Source of the DNA: Macrostomum lignano
Lineage: Eukaryota
Assembly (NCBI GenBank): GCA_002269645.1
Contig: NIVC01002413.1
Span: 62,001 to 126,000, forward strand
Reading direction: 5' to 3'
DNA: 64,000 nucleotides
In this document: positions 50,845 to 63,666 of the stretch, in pieces
Layout: the number at the start of each line of letters is the position of its first letter
Position numbering within the stretch: position 1 is the first letter of the stretch
Made by a program: the position numbers and the translations under genes
The notes under the pieces: generated by a model
Databases searched by the model: none
What the model was told of the DNA's origin: nothing
What the model saw: the letters and a program-made list of their open reading frames with translations, nothing else

Positions 50845-52166
50845 CTATCTATCTATCTATCTATGTGATCGATTAGAGAAAAAATGGCTGGACCGATTTT
50901 GTTCGAACTTGCACTGTTCGATTAGAAATTTTCCCGTGACAGTACATGCATCGTGGCTAAGAAATTGCTCGATGCTAAAGGCATTAAATATTCGAAAAAC
51001 ATGCTTTTTTGCAAAGGTCAAGCAGCTCTTTCGACTTGAAATGCATTGTAAGAATGCTAGAGAACAAACTGACTGGTTGAATTCTGATTCTGAAATAGAT
51101 TGCATCATAACTGAATTGTAACTCCGACTTGAATTGAAAATGCAGTGTGGAAGCGTAGCACCAGAATTGCGTAACCATATTGTTAACTGATACTGACTGA
51201 CTGAGAAACTGATTATGTCATAACTGCTTCGTGTGATTTACTCTATGCTTGGATTTTCAAGTGTTGAATTATATAAGTGCAAAATTTAATGTTATCAAAA
51301 CGATGAGAGCTAGGCTAGAGGTGAACAAACTGAACTGCTAAATGCAGCGACGATGGTTCGAATTTTCATAGAGTATAATTTTTTTAATTAAAGCTTTTCA
51401 ACGTCAGGAAAACTAAAATACTTTTAAAAAAGAATCGTCACGTAAAAATCATAGAAGCGTCATGTAAAAAATCATAGAAGCGTCATGTAAACAATCATAG
51501 AAGCGTCATGTAAACAATCATAGAAGTGTCATGTAAAAAAATCATAGAAGCGTCATGTAAAAATCATAGAAGCGCCATGTAAACAATCATAGAAGCGTCA
51601 TGTGAAAATCATAAAAGCGTCACGTAAAGAATCATAGAAGCGTCATGTAAACAATCATAGAAGCGTCATGTAAAAAAATCATAGAAGCGTCACGTAAACA
51701 ATCATAGAAGCGTCATGTAAAAATCATAGAAGCGTCATGTAAAAATCATAGAAGCGCCATGTAAACAATCATAGAAGCGTCATGTGAAAATCATAAAAGC
51801 GTCACGTAAAGAATCATAGAAGCGTCATGTAAACAATCATAGAAGCGTCATGTAAAAAAATCATAGAAGCGTCACGTAAACAATCATAGAAGCGTCATGT
51901 AAAAATCATAGAAGCGTCATGTAAACAATCATAGAAGCGTCATGTAAACAATCATAGAAGCGTCATGTAAACAATCATAGAAGCGTCATGTAAACAATCA
52001 TAGAAGCGTCATGTAAAAAATCATAGAAGCGTCTTGTAAACAATCATACAAGCGTCATGTAAAAATCATAGAAGCGTCATGTAAACAATCATAGAAGCGT
52101 CATGTAAACAATCATAGAAGCGTCATGTAAAAAATCATAGAAGCGTCATGTAAACAATCATAGAAG
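50845..52166 (+). repeat. Direct-repeat copy X1 (1.32 kb)
   Basis: Matches 56633-57954 at offset 5788 wherever compared, including rare satellite variants (GTGTCATG, GCGCCATG, ATCATACAAG). Confidence 0.95.
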
Positions 52167-52199
52167 TGCATTGCATTCAGCTTGAAATTGAAATTGAAA

Positions 52200-55100
52200 T
52201 TGTGTGCGTGCATTCAGCTTGATTGGCTGCGGCAAGCAAGCTCGAAAGAGCTCGCTTCGCTCGCTCTTTCTCGCTATCTACCATCTATTGCCAGGACCTG
52301 CACCGGAGCGGTTACGAAAATTAGATTTCTCGGTAGTTGCTCGCACTCTTTTGCACTACTTGAGTAGTCTGATTTTCGAACGGCAGGCTGGTTCCAGCAG
52401 GTAGTTCCTCTGGATAAAAGCGCTTACCGCGCCCATTGGCTTTCCAGCTGCCTTAATCGTTTCCGGTGATCTTGTGTGCGTGCATTCAGCTTGATTGGCT
52501 GCGGCAAGCAAGCTCGAAAGAGCTCGCTTCGCTCGCTCTTTCTCGCTATCTACCATCTATTGCCAGGACCTGCACCGGAGCGGTTACGAAAATTAGATTT
52601 CTCGGTAGTTGCTCGCACTCTTTTGCACTACTTGAGTAGTCTGATTTTCGAACGGCAGGCTGGTTCCAGCAGGTAGTTCCTCTGGATAAAAGCGCTTACC
52701 GCGCCCATTGGCTTTCCAGCTGCCTTAATCGTTTCCGGTGATCTTGTGTGCGTGCATTCAGCTTGATTGGCTGCGGCAAGCAAGCTCGAAAGAGCTCGCT
52801 TCGCTCGCTCTTTCTCGCTATCTACCATCTATTGCCAGGACCTGCACCGGAGCGGTTACGAAAATTAGATTTCTCGGTAGTTGCTCGCACTCTTTTGCAC
52901 TACTTGAGTAGTCTGATTTTCGAACGGCAGGCTGGTTCCAGCAGGTAGTTCCTCTGGATAAAAGCGCTTACCGCGCCCATTGGCTTTCCAGCTGCCTTAA
53001 TCGTTTCCGGTGATCTTGTGTGCGTGCATTCAGCTTGATTGGCTGCGGCAAGCAAGCTCGAAAGAGCTCGCTTCGCTCGCTCTTTCTCGCTATCTACCAT
53101 CTATTGCCAGGACCTGCACCGGAGCGGTTACGAAAATTAGATTTCTCGGTAGTTGCTCGCACTCTTTTGCACTACTTGAGTAGTCTGATTTTCGAACGGC
53201 AGGCTGGTTCCAGCAGGTAGTTCCTCTGGATAAAAGCGCTTACCGCGCCCATTGGCTTTCCAGCTGCCTTAATCGTTTCCGGTGATCTTGTGTGCGTGCA
53301 TTCAGCTTGATTGGCTGCGGCAAGCAAGCTCGAAAGAGCTCGCTTCGCTCGCTCTTTCTCGCTATCTACCATCTATTGCCAGGACCTGCACCGGAGCGGT
53401 TACGAAAATTAGATTTCTCGGTAGTTGCTCGCACTCTTTTGCACTACTTGAGTAGTCTGATTTTCGAACGGCAGGCTGGTTCCAGCAGGTAGTTCCTCTG
53501 GATAAAAGCGCTTACCGCGCCCATTGGCTTTCCAGCTGCCTTAATCGTTTCCGGTGATCTTGTGTGCGTGCATTCAGCTTGATTGGCTGCGGCAAGCAAG
53601 CTCGAAAGAGCTCGCTTCGCTCGCTCTTTCTCGCTATCTACCATCTATTGCCAGGACCTGCACCGGAGCGGTTACGAAAATTAGATTTCTCGGTAGTTGC
53701 TCGCACTCTTTTGCACTACTTGAGTAGTCTGATTTTCGAACGGCAGGCTGGTTCCAGCAGGTAGTTCCTCTGGATAAAAGCGCTTACCGCGCCCATTGGC
53801 TTTCCAGCTGCCTTAATCGTTTCCGGTGATCTTGTGTGCGTGCATTCAGCTTGATTGGCTGCGGCAAGCAAGCTCGAAAGAGCTCGCTTCGCTCGCTCTT
53901 TCTCGCTATCTACCATCTATTGCCAGGACCTGCACCGGAGCGGTTACGAAAATTAGATTTCTCGGTAGTTGCTCGCACTCTTTTGCACTACTTGAGTAGT
54001 CTGATTTTCGAACGGCAGGCTGGTTCCAGCAGGTAGTTCCTCTGGATAAAAGCGCTTACCGCGCCCATTGGCTTTCCAGCTGCCTTAATCGTTTCCGGTG
54101 ATCTTGTGTGCGTGCATTCAGCTTGATTGGCTGCGGCAAGCAAGCTCGAAAGAGCTCGCTTCGCTCGCTCTTTCTCGCTATCTACCATCTATTGCCAGGA
54201 CCTGCACCGGAGCGGTTACGAAAATTAGATTTCTCGGTAGTTGCTCGCACTCTTTTGCACTACTTGAGTAGTCTGATTTTCGAACGGCAGGCTGGTTCCA
54301 GCAGGTAGTTCCTCTGGATAAAAGCGCTTACCGCGCCCATTGGCTTTCCAGCTGCCTTAATCGTTTCCGGTGATCTTGTGTGCGTGCATTCAGCTTGATT
54401 GGCTGCGGCAAGCAAGCTCGAAAGAGCTCGCTTCGCTCGCTCTTTCTCGCTATCTACCATCTATTGCCAGGACCTGCACCGGAGCGGTTACGAAAATTAG
54501 ATTTCTCGGTAGTTGCTCGCACTCTTTTGCACTACTTGAGTAGTCTGATTTTCGAACGGCAGGCTGGTTCCAGCAGGTAGTTCCTCTGGATAAAAGCGCT
54601 TACCGCGCCCATTGGCTTTCCAGCTGCCTTAATCGTTTCCGGTGATCTTGTGTGCGTGCATTCAGCTTGATTGGCTGCGGCAAGCAAGCTCGAAAGAGCT
54701 CGCTTCGCTCGCTCTTTCTCGCTATCTACCATCTATTGCCAGGACCTGCACCGGAGCGGTTACGAAAATTAGATTTCTCGGTAGTTGCTCGCACTCTTTT
54801 GCACTACTTGAGTAGTCTGATTTTCGAACGGCAGGCTGGTTCCAGCAGGTAGTTCCTCTGGATAAAAGCGCTTACCGCGCCCATTGGCTTTCCAGCTGCC
54901 TTAATCGTTTCCGGTGATCTTGTGTGCGTGCATTCAGCTTGATTGGCTGCGGCAAGCAAGCTCGAAAGAGCTCGCTTCGCTCGCTCTTTCTCGCTATCTA
55001 CCATCTATTGCCAGGACCTGCACCGGAGCGGTTACGAAAATTAGATTTCTCGGTAGTTGCTCGCACTCTTTTGCACTACTTGAGTAGTCTGATTTTCGAA

Positions 55101-56633
55101 CGGCAGGCTGGTTCCAGCAGGTAGTTCCTCTGGATAAAAGCGCTTACCGCGCCCATTGGCTTTCCAGCTGCCTTAATCGTTTCCGGTGATCTTGTGTGCG
55201 TGCATTCAGCTTGATTGGCTGCGGCAAGCAAGCTCGAAAGAGCTCGCTTCGCTCGCTCTTTCTCGCTATCTACCATCTATTGCCAGGACCTGCACCGGAG
55301 CGGTTACGAAAATTAGATTTCTCGGTAGTTGCTCGCACTCTTTTGCACTACTTGAGTAGTCTGATTTTCGAACGGCAGGCTGGTTCCAGCAGGTAGTTCC
55401 TCTGGATAAAAGCGCTTACCGCGCCCATTGGCTTTCCAGCTGCCTTAATCGTTTCCGGTGATCTTGTGTGCGTGCATTCAGCTTGATTGGCTGCGGCAAG
55501 CAAGCTCGAAAGAGCTCGCTTCGCTCGCTCTTTCTCGCTATCTACCATCTATTGCCAGGACCTGCACCGGAGCGGTTACGAAAATTAGATTTCTCGGTAG
55601 TTGCTCGCACTCTTTTGCACTACTTGAGTAGTCTGATTTTCGAACGGCAGGCTGGTTCCAGCAGGTAGTTCCTCTGGATAAAAGCGCTTACCGCGCCCAT
55701 TGGCTTTCCAGCTGCCTTAATCGTTTCCGGTGATCTTGTGTGCGTGCATTCAGCTTGATTGGCTGCGGCAAGCAAGCTCGAAAGAGCTCGCTTCGCTCGC
55801 TCTTTCTCGCTATCTACCATCTATTGCCAGGACCTGCACCGGAGCGGTTACGAAAATTAGATTTCTCGGTAGTTGCTCGCACTCTTTTGCACTACTTGAG
55901 TAGTCTGATTTTCGAACGGCAGGCTGGTTCCAGCAGGTAGTTCCTCTGGATAAAAGCGCTTACCGCGCCCATTGGCTTTCCAGCTGCCTTAATCGTTTCC
56001 GGTGATCTTGTGTGCGTGCATTCAGCTTGATTGGCTGCGGCAAGCAAGCTCGAAAGAGCTCGCTTCGCTCGCTCTTTCTCGCTATCTACCATCTATTGCC
56101 AGGACCTGCACCGGAGCGGTTACGAAAATTAGATTTCTCGGTAGTTGCTCGCACTCTTTTGCACTACTTGAGTAGTCTGATTTTCGAACGGCAGGCTGGT
56201 TCCAGCAGGTAGTTCCTCTGGATAAAAGCGCTTACCGCGCCCATTGGCTTTCCAGCTGCCTTAATCGTTTCCGGTGATCTTGTGTGCGTGCATTCAGCTT
56301 GATTGGCTGCGGCAAGCAAGCTCGAAAGAGCTCGCTTCGCTCGCTCTTTCTCGCTATCTACCATCTATTGCCAGGACCTGCACCGGAGCGGTTACGAAAA
56401 TTAGATTTCTCGGTAGTTGCTCGCACTCTTTTGCACTACTTGAGTAGTCTGATTTTCGAACGGCAGGCTGGTTCCAGCAGGTAGTTCCTCTGGATAAAAG
56501 CGCTTACCGCGCCCATTGGCTTTCCAGCTGCCTTAATCGTTTCCGGTGATCTTGTGTGCGTGCATTCAGCTTGATTGGCTGCGGCAAGCAAGCTCGAAAG
56601 AGCTCGCTTCGCTCGCTCTTTCTCGCTATCTAC
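52200..56633. repeat. 272-bp tandem array, 16.3 apparently identical copies
   Basis: Identical 66-aa ORF translations recur every 272 bp on both strands (52204, 52476 ... 56556). Confidence 0.98.
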
Positions 56634-57954
56634 TATCTATCTATCTATCTATGTGATCGATTAGAGAAAAAATGGCTGGACCGATTTTGTTCGAACTTGC
56701 ACTGTTCGATTAGAAATTTTCCCGTGACAGTACATGCATCGTGGCTAAGAAATTGCTCGATGCTAAAGGCATTAAATATTCGAAAAACATGCTTTTTTGC
56801 AAAGGTCAAGCAGCTCTTTCGACTTGAAATGCATTGTAAGAATGCTAGAGAACAAACTGACTGGTTGAATTCTGATTCTGAAATAGATTGCATCATAACT
56901 GAATTGTAACTCCGACTTGAATTGAAAATGCAGTGTGGAAGCGTAGCACCAGAATTGCGTAACCATATTGTTAACTGATACTGACTGACTGAGAAACTGA
57001 TTATGTCATAACTGCTTCGTGTGATTTACTCTATGCTTGGATTTTCAAGTGTTGAATTATATAAGTGCAAAATTTAATGTTATCAAAACGATGAGAGCTA
57101 GGCTAGAGGTGAACAAACTGAACTGCTAAATGCAGCGACGATGGTTCGAATTTTCATAGAGTATAATTTTTTTAATTAAAGCTTTTCAACGTCAGGAAAA
57201 CTAAAATACTTTTAAAAAAGAATCGTCACGTAAAAATCATAGAAGCGTCATGTAAAAAATCATAGAAGCGTCATGTAAACAATCATAGAAGCGTCATGTA
57301 AACAATCATAGAAGTGTCATGTAAAAAAATCATAGAAGCGTCATGTAAAAATCATAGAAGCGCCATGTAAACAATCATAGAAGCGTCATGTGAAAATCAT
57401 AAAAGCGTCACGTAAAGAATCATAGAAGCGTCATGTAAACAATCATAGAAGCGTCATGTAAAAAAATCATAGAAGCGTCACGTAAACAATCATAGAAGCG
57501 TCATGTAAAAATCATAGAAGCGTCATGTAAAAATCATAGAAGCGCCATGTAAACAATCATAGAAGCGTCATGTGAAAATCATAAAAGCGTCACGTAAAGA
57601 ATCATAGAAGCGTCATGTAAACAATCATAGAAGCGTCATGTAAAAAAATCATAGAAGCGTCACGTAAACAATCATAGAAGCGTCATGTAAAAATCATAGA
57701 AGCGTCATGTAAACAATCATAGAAGCGTCATGTAAACAATCATAGAAGCGTCATGTAAACAATCATAGAAGCGTCATGTAAACAATCATAGAAGCGTCAT
57801 GTAAAAAATCATAGAAGCGTCTTGTAAACAATCATACAAGCGTCATGTAAAAATCATAGAAGCGTCATGTAAACAATCATAGAAGCGTCATGTAAACAAT
57901 CATAGAAGCGTCATGTAAAAAATCATAGAAGCGTCATGTAAACAATCATAGAAG
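56633..57954 (+). repeat. Direct-repeat copy X2
   Basis: See X1. Confidence 0.95.
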
Positions 57955-59745
57955 CGTCATTTAAAAAATCATAGAAACGTCATGTAAAAATCATAGAAGC
58001 GTCATGTAAAAAATCATAGAAGCGTCATGTAAACAATCATAAAAGCATCATGTAAAAATCATTGAAGCGTCATATAAACAATCATAGAAGCGTCATGTAA
58101 AAAATCATAGAAGCGACATGTAAACAGTCATAGAAGCGTCATGTAAAAATCTTAAAAGCGTCATGTAAAAAATCATAGAAGCGTCATGTAAAAAATCATA
58201 GAAGCGTCATGTAAACAATCATAGAAGCGTCATGTAAAAAATCGTAGAAGCGTCATATAAAAATCATAGAAGCGTCATGTAAACAATCATAGAAGCGTCA
58301 TGTAAACAATCATAGAAGCGTCATGTAAAAAATCATAGAAGCGTCATGTAAAGAATCGTAGAAGCGTCATGTAAAAAATCATAGAAGCGTCATGTAAAAA
58401 ATCATAGAAGCGTCATGTAAAAAATCGTAGAAGCGTCATATAAAAATCATAGAAGCGTCATTTAAAAAATCATAAAAGCGTCACGTAAAGAATCATAGAA
58501 GCGTCATGTAAACAATCATAGAAGCGTCATGTAAAAAAATCATAGAAGCGTCACGTAAACAATCATAAGAGCGTCGTGTAAAAATCATAGAAGCGTCATG
58601 TAAACAATCATAGAAGCGTCATGTAAACAATCATAGAAGCGTCATGTAAACAATCATAAAAGCATCATGTAAAAATCATTGAAGCGTCATATAAACAATC
58701 ATAGAAGCGTCATGTAAAAAATCATAGAAGCGACATGTAAACAATCATAGAAGCGTCATGTAAAAATCTTAAAAGCGTCATGTAAAAAATCATAGAAGCG
58801 TCATGTAAAAAATCATAGAAGCGTCATGTAAACAATCATAGAAGCGTCATGTAAAAAATCGTAGAAGCGTCATGTAAAAAATCATAGAAGCATCATGTAA
58901 AAAATCATAGAAGCGTCATGTAAAGAATCGTAGAAGCGTCATGTAAAAAATCATAGAAGCGTCATGTAAAAAATCATAGAAGCGTCATGTCAAAAATCGT
59001 AGAAGCGTCATATAAAAATCATAGAAGCGTCATTTAAAAAATCATAAAAGCGTCATGTAAAAAATCATAGAAGCGTCTTGTAAACAATCATACAAGCGTC
59101 ATGTAAAAATCATAGAAGCGTCATGTAAAAAATCATAGAAGCGTCATGTAAACAATCATAGAAGCGTCATGTAAAAAATCGTAGAAGCGTCATGTAAAAA
59201 TCATAGAAGCGTCATGTAAACAATCATAGAAGCGTCATGTAAACAATCATAGAAGTTTCATGTAAAAAATCATAGAAGCGTCATGTAAAGAATCGTAGAA
59301 GCGTCATATAAAAATCATAGAAGCGTCATTTAAAAAATTATAAAAGCGTCATGTAAAAAATCATAGAAGCGTCATGTAAAGAATCGTAGAAGCGTCATAT
59401 AAAAATCATAGAAGCGTCATTTAAAAAATTATAAAAGCGTCATGTAAAAAATCATAGAAGCGTCATGTAAAGAATCGTAGAAGCGTCATATAAAAATCAT
59501 AGAAGCGTCATGTAAACAATCATAGAAGCGTCATGTAAAAAATCATAGAAGCGTCATGTAAAAAAGTCATAGAAGCGTCATGTAAACAATCGTAGAAGCG
59601 TCATATAAAAATCATAGAAGCGTCATGTAAACAATCATAGAAGCGTCATGTAAAAAATCATAGAAGCGTCATGTAAACAATCATAGAAGCGTCATGTAAA
59701 AAATCATAGAAGCGTCATGTAAAAATCCAAAGAAGCGTCATGTCA
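57225..59745. repeat. 22-24-bp minisatellite AATCATAGAAGCGTCATGTAAA(C) (also 51437-52166)
   Basis: Tandem copies. Confidence 0.95.
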
Positions 59746-60584
59746 GACATTAAAGGTGTCATGTAAAAATTGAATGAAGCTATAGTACATTGCTGTGCTG
59801 GGGAGAATTACTGAGACGTCAAGGCTCACAGAGAATAACTGAGATTACAGGGGGGGGGGGTTTCTGAGATGTCAAAGCAAAGTCAGAAGCTACTTCAAAG
59901 TTCATGTACTTTACTCAATTTTTTTATTGCATTCTTTGTTGGCTCGCCACGGGGGGGGGCGCTGATAGAAGAAGAGTCATGTAAAAAATAAAAGTAGCAC
60001 TATGTATACATAAAAGAAAAGTCATGTCGAAGTTAAAAGATTCATTTGGGAATTGCTACGATGTCAAAGCTAGGTGGAAATCGTTATAGTGCTGTGATTC
60101 TTAAAGAAGGAATCACTAAAATGTCAAGGCTTAGGGGAGAAGAATTGCTGAGATTTCAAGGCTTTAGGTTGGGTTAAAGTTAGGTTTAGGTCAGGTGTGG
60201 GTTGAGGGTTATATTTTATCGGGTTTCAAGGTTAACAGAATAACAGAAGATTTTTTAGATTTCAAGGTTTATGGGGGCCATCGCTGACATGTTAAGGCTT
60301 ACGGGGGGAATAGCTGAGATGTCAAGGCTCACGGGGTATAAATGAGATTTCAAGGCTAAAGTCAGAAGCTACATGTAGTTTATTGAAAACTTTTTATTAC
60401 ATTATTTGATGCCTCCTCAGGGGAGGGATCGCTGATAGAAAAAGCATAATGTAAAAAATAAAAGAAGCTTCATGTCGAAGTTAAGAGATTCATTTGGGAA
60501 TCCCTACGATGTCGAGGCTTGCAGGGAATCGCTATAATGCTGTAGTAGTGCTATAATGACTCAGAATTACTGAAATTTCAATGT

Positions 60585-60640
60585 TTTAGGGTTAGGTTAG
60601 GGTTAGGGTTAGGGTTAGGGTTAGGCTAGGGTTAGGGTTA
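60585..60640 (+). repeat. Short interstitial (TTAGGG)n-like tract
   Basis: TTAGGGTTAGGTTAGGGTTAGGGTTAGGGTTAGGGTTAGGCTAGGGTTAGGGTTAG. Confidence 0.85.
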
Positions 60641-62741
60641 GAAGGTTGACAGATATTTTTAGATTTCCAAGGCTTATTGGGGGCATTGCTGAGATGTCAA
60701 GGGGGGAAGTTGATATGTTAAAGCTTGTGGGGGGGGGAATTACTGACATGTCAAGGCTTACAAGGTTTGACAGGAGATTTTTTAAGATTTCAAGGATACA
60801 TGTAGCTTATTAAAAAAACGTGTATTGCATTTCTTTGGCTCCCCAACGGGGGGCGTAGATTGCTAGTTTTCAGTCTAAATTCTAATCGAATATTTTTAGC
60901 TCAGTAATTAATTTATTAGCAGGGGCCTATGCAGACTCGCAAATTTTAGTTAGAAGTCAGACAATAAAAATTGTCTACCTTTTTTTACCGTCTGGCGTCC
61001 ATTAGGCTTACCTACCTTTTATTTTTAATTCTAAGTTTTACAAAAGAGCCTGGACTGTTTTACTTAGATTTTTAAGTACCAAATAAAACTCATTAACAAA
61101 CAAGCGAATTGTGCTAGCTAGGCTAGGCTATGCAACCTACTTAGGCCTAGTGTAAGTAATTTGATTTTGACTTAGTTAGGCCTAGTCATAGTTTTGCAAC
61201 TAACCCAACACAAAAAATGAAACAAATCTTTAGTTTAATTTTGTTAAAAAATCTTTTTTAATTTAACATAGTGTAAAAAATGAATTGCCAAAGCCAACAC
61301 TTGAATTTCCAATCTAGAGGTGCTAAAACAGAGTGGCGTACTCTTAAGATGAATCTGACGATGCGACAATTTATTATACATGTATATTAGTTAATATTGA
61401 GAAATAAAACAAAGAGTATGTTATAAACCAGTTATGAAAACTTTTAATTATAAATACATACAGTAAAAAGTACAATAAAATATAAATAGAATACAAATAC
61501 AAATAATGCACGATATGAAATAAATACAAAATATGATTACTTTTAAAATAAACAAAGATACATTACAATAGACCTAGGGCCTACGTTTTTTGAGTTTTTT
61601 TTAAACCCAATTTGTTAGGCCTATATTATCATTATGCTAATTTCTATTAATTTAATGGCTTTGTATTGCATTTTAAATCTATAAAATAAAGTCTATCAAA
61701 ATTTTCATTTTCACTTTTCAAATTACTAATGGATTGTGACAGGCCTTTTGGCTCTGTCTTTCTAAACTTCTAACTATTAGTGTTTATTAAATATCCTACG
61801 AGCTGCCACCAAAGTTGTTACAGGCCTTTCACCTCTTACTTTATCAATTTTAATCCCACCGATTTGCCAACTACAGTTATCCTGATTATACTTGCTTTTA
61901 CTCCCTAACTATTTCTTAGAATTTCATTTAAATATTTCTGGGTAGCGTTCTTAGTAGCGTTTCTGGTAGCGTTCTTAGTAGCGTTTCTGGTAGCTTATGG
62001 CTTGCTTTCTGGTAGCGTTCTAGTAGCTTATGGCCTGAGCGGTCTAGTACTGGTATATGTATTAGTGTATAGTCCTAATCGGGCGTTCACCGAGACTAGA
62101 GGGTCACGGCGCCTCTCTTGGTATATCTCCAAGAATTAGTCCCAATTCCCTTCTCTTAGCAAATTTCTTAGAATCGTTTCACAGGTTTTGCAAATAAATA
62201 AGTCGCTATTTAGCTCAAAGACTTTGAAATGGTTTAGATTGAACTGCTTATTCTGTTCGCAATTATTTGCTCACGAGTAAAAGACAGTTAGAGTATATTT
62301 GTCGCAAAACCGCTCCTATATATAGTGGTTTCCCCCCCATACGATTAAAACAAAAAAAATAATTCCCCAATTTATTTTGCGCAGTAAAACAAAAATATTC
62401 GGTACGGTAAAACAAAATATTTATCTAGTATTTCGCACGAGTTTAGTTTCTAAGAAAACATACCTTTATTGCTCAAAATTCGTACAGTATTGAAGCACTA
62501 CTACAACTTCCTCCTCTTAATATCAAGTTTGAACGAACAATTACAGTGAAAAATTGATATCAATATAGGTGAAAAGTGCGCAACTAAGTGCAAAAAAATA
62601 TATATGAGTGCTAAGTCAACATACTAGTGCATAAAATGGTTGTGCAAAAATTGTGGAAGCATTGTTAAAACTATTAAAGGCAAAAGTAAAGCACAGGTGA
62701 GATAGTAAACGCAATAGTTAGTTCAATTCTGATAGTTCAAC

Positions 62742-63584
62742 TCAAATAAATTTGCATGGTTCAGGTAGATCACGGTAATAAGGCCAGCCGATTTGAGAGA
62801 AGAACCAGTTGTACTCCTCGTCTAGTACAGCTAGCGAAGGTGGCGGGTTGACTTGCCTGGCCCTTTGGATACGATGGGCGACATCTTGCAGAATCGCAAC
62901 CGCTTCTTGGTGGCTAAACTGTTCCCTAAGGAACTTCAGGTGCTGCCAGATCTGAGACCCTTGAGGATATCGCTGCCGCATGTCAGATCGATGGTACGCG
63001 ACCTTCAGCGAGTACTGCTCAATATGGAAGCGCAATTTCTCGACCTCAGATCCACGAGTCTCTACAAGCTTTCGGACAATTCGATGATAGTCTTGCTGCG
63101 GTGTCGGCGGCTGCGAAGCTGGTTGTTGACTCGGCTGCAGAGCTGGCTGTGGAGCTAGCTGCGGAACTGCCTGCAGACTCGGCGGCTGTTGAGCCGTTGT
63201 TGGCGCGGCCTCGGGCTTCTTCCGCCGCGGTGCTGGAGGCTTCTTCGATGGCGGGGCAGATGGCGGCGACACTAGCTGCTGCGTTCTTCCTGCTGTTGAC
63301 GAGCCTGGCGTGGCCTTGATAACGTACGAACGAATGGGCGCCGCTGCCTGTGTTGTCAGCAAGGCGGCTCGCTTTTGCTCTGGGCCATCCACGTTTAATT
63401 GGCGGCACGGCGATGATGCTTGTGGCGATGCCCTCGGCCTTTTGTTGCTTACACCAGGCGCCTTTGGTCTTGTTGGACAACGTAGCGGCGCCTCGTTCTC
63501 GTCAACATTAGGCTCCGGCTGAGGCTCAATCTCTTCGGACAGGTCACCGATCAACTCTTGCAGAATGTCGACTGAGTTATCCAT
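62742..63584 (-). CDS. Orphan intronless protein, 280 aa (Pro/Gln/Ala-rich middle, predicted helical C-terminal domain)
   Basis: ATG-to-TGA ORF in a GC island, with TATA and GC box upstream and AATAAA ~275 nt downstream. Confidence 0.6.
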   Translation of the reverse strand: MDNSVDILQELIGDLSEEIEPQPEPNVDENEAPLRCPTRPKAPGVSNKRPRASPQASSPCRQLNVDGPEQKRAALLTTQAAAPIRSYVIKATPGSSTAGRTQQLVSPPSAPPSKKPPAPRRKKPEAAPTTAQQPPSLQAVPQLAPQPALQPSQQPASQPPTPQQDYHRIVRKLVETRGSEVEKLRFHIEQYSLKVAYHRSDMRQRYPQGSQIWQHLKFLREQFSHQEAVAILQDVAHRIQRARQVNPPPSLAVLDEEYNWFFSQIGWPYYRDLPEPCKFI

Positions 63585-63666
63585 ATGGTTCTCTTCGAAT
63601 GACTCTTAGAATAGAAAGGAAGCTAGCAGTGAGCTATGGGATCTGTGGGGCCTGCGGGGAGCTCGT

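Larger units (their letters stand above)
50811..60866 (+). mobile_element. Non-autonomous Helitron expanded to ~10 kb by internal arrays
   Basis: A|TCCTATATACTAAAAATG 5' end, (CTAT)n plus GGCTGGACCGATTT core, 3' hairpin CCCCAACGGGG, then CTAG|T (60863-60866). These are the canonical Helitron termini and A-T target. Confidence 0.7.

Noticed and set aside
52362-52374. RNase P RNA (minus strand AATCAGACTACTC resembles CR-V)
   Set aside because: No CR-I (GGAAnnUCUGAG) partner for P4 on that strand. The match is explained by the local hairpin arm.
52202-52473. Hammerhead, twister or HDV ribozyme, or snRNA/5S/SL RNA, in the 272-bp unit
   Set aside because: No CUGANGA..GAAA core with stems. The twister-like CTGGATAAAAG and GGTTCCAGC lack the required L1/L4 nucleotides. 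No recognisable snRNA, 5S or Sm-site signature by eye. A covariance search is still advisable.
52204-56484. Sixteen repeated 66-aa ORFs on each strand as a tandem gene cluster
   Set aside because: Non-ATG or arbitrary starts, no domain, and simply a by-product of the 272-bp repeat.
60585-60640. True chromosome end
   Set aside because: Only ~9 imperfect units, internal, with ordinary sequence continuing beyond.
62130-62320. Minus-strand CxxC-containing mini-ORF (..LFICKTCETILRNL..)
   Set aside because: Interrupted by an in-frame TGA, no ATG, and too short to support.
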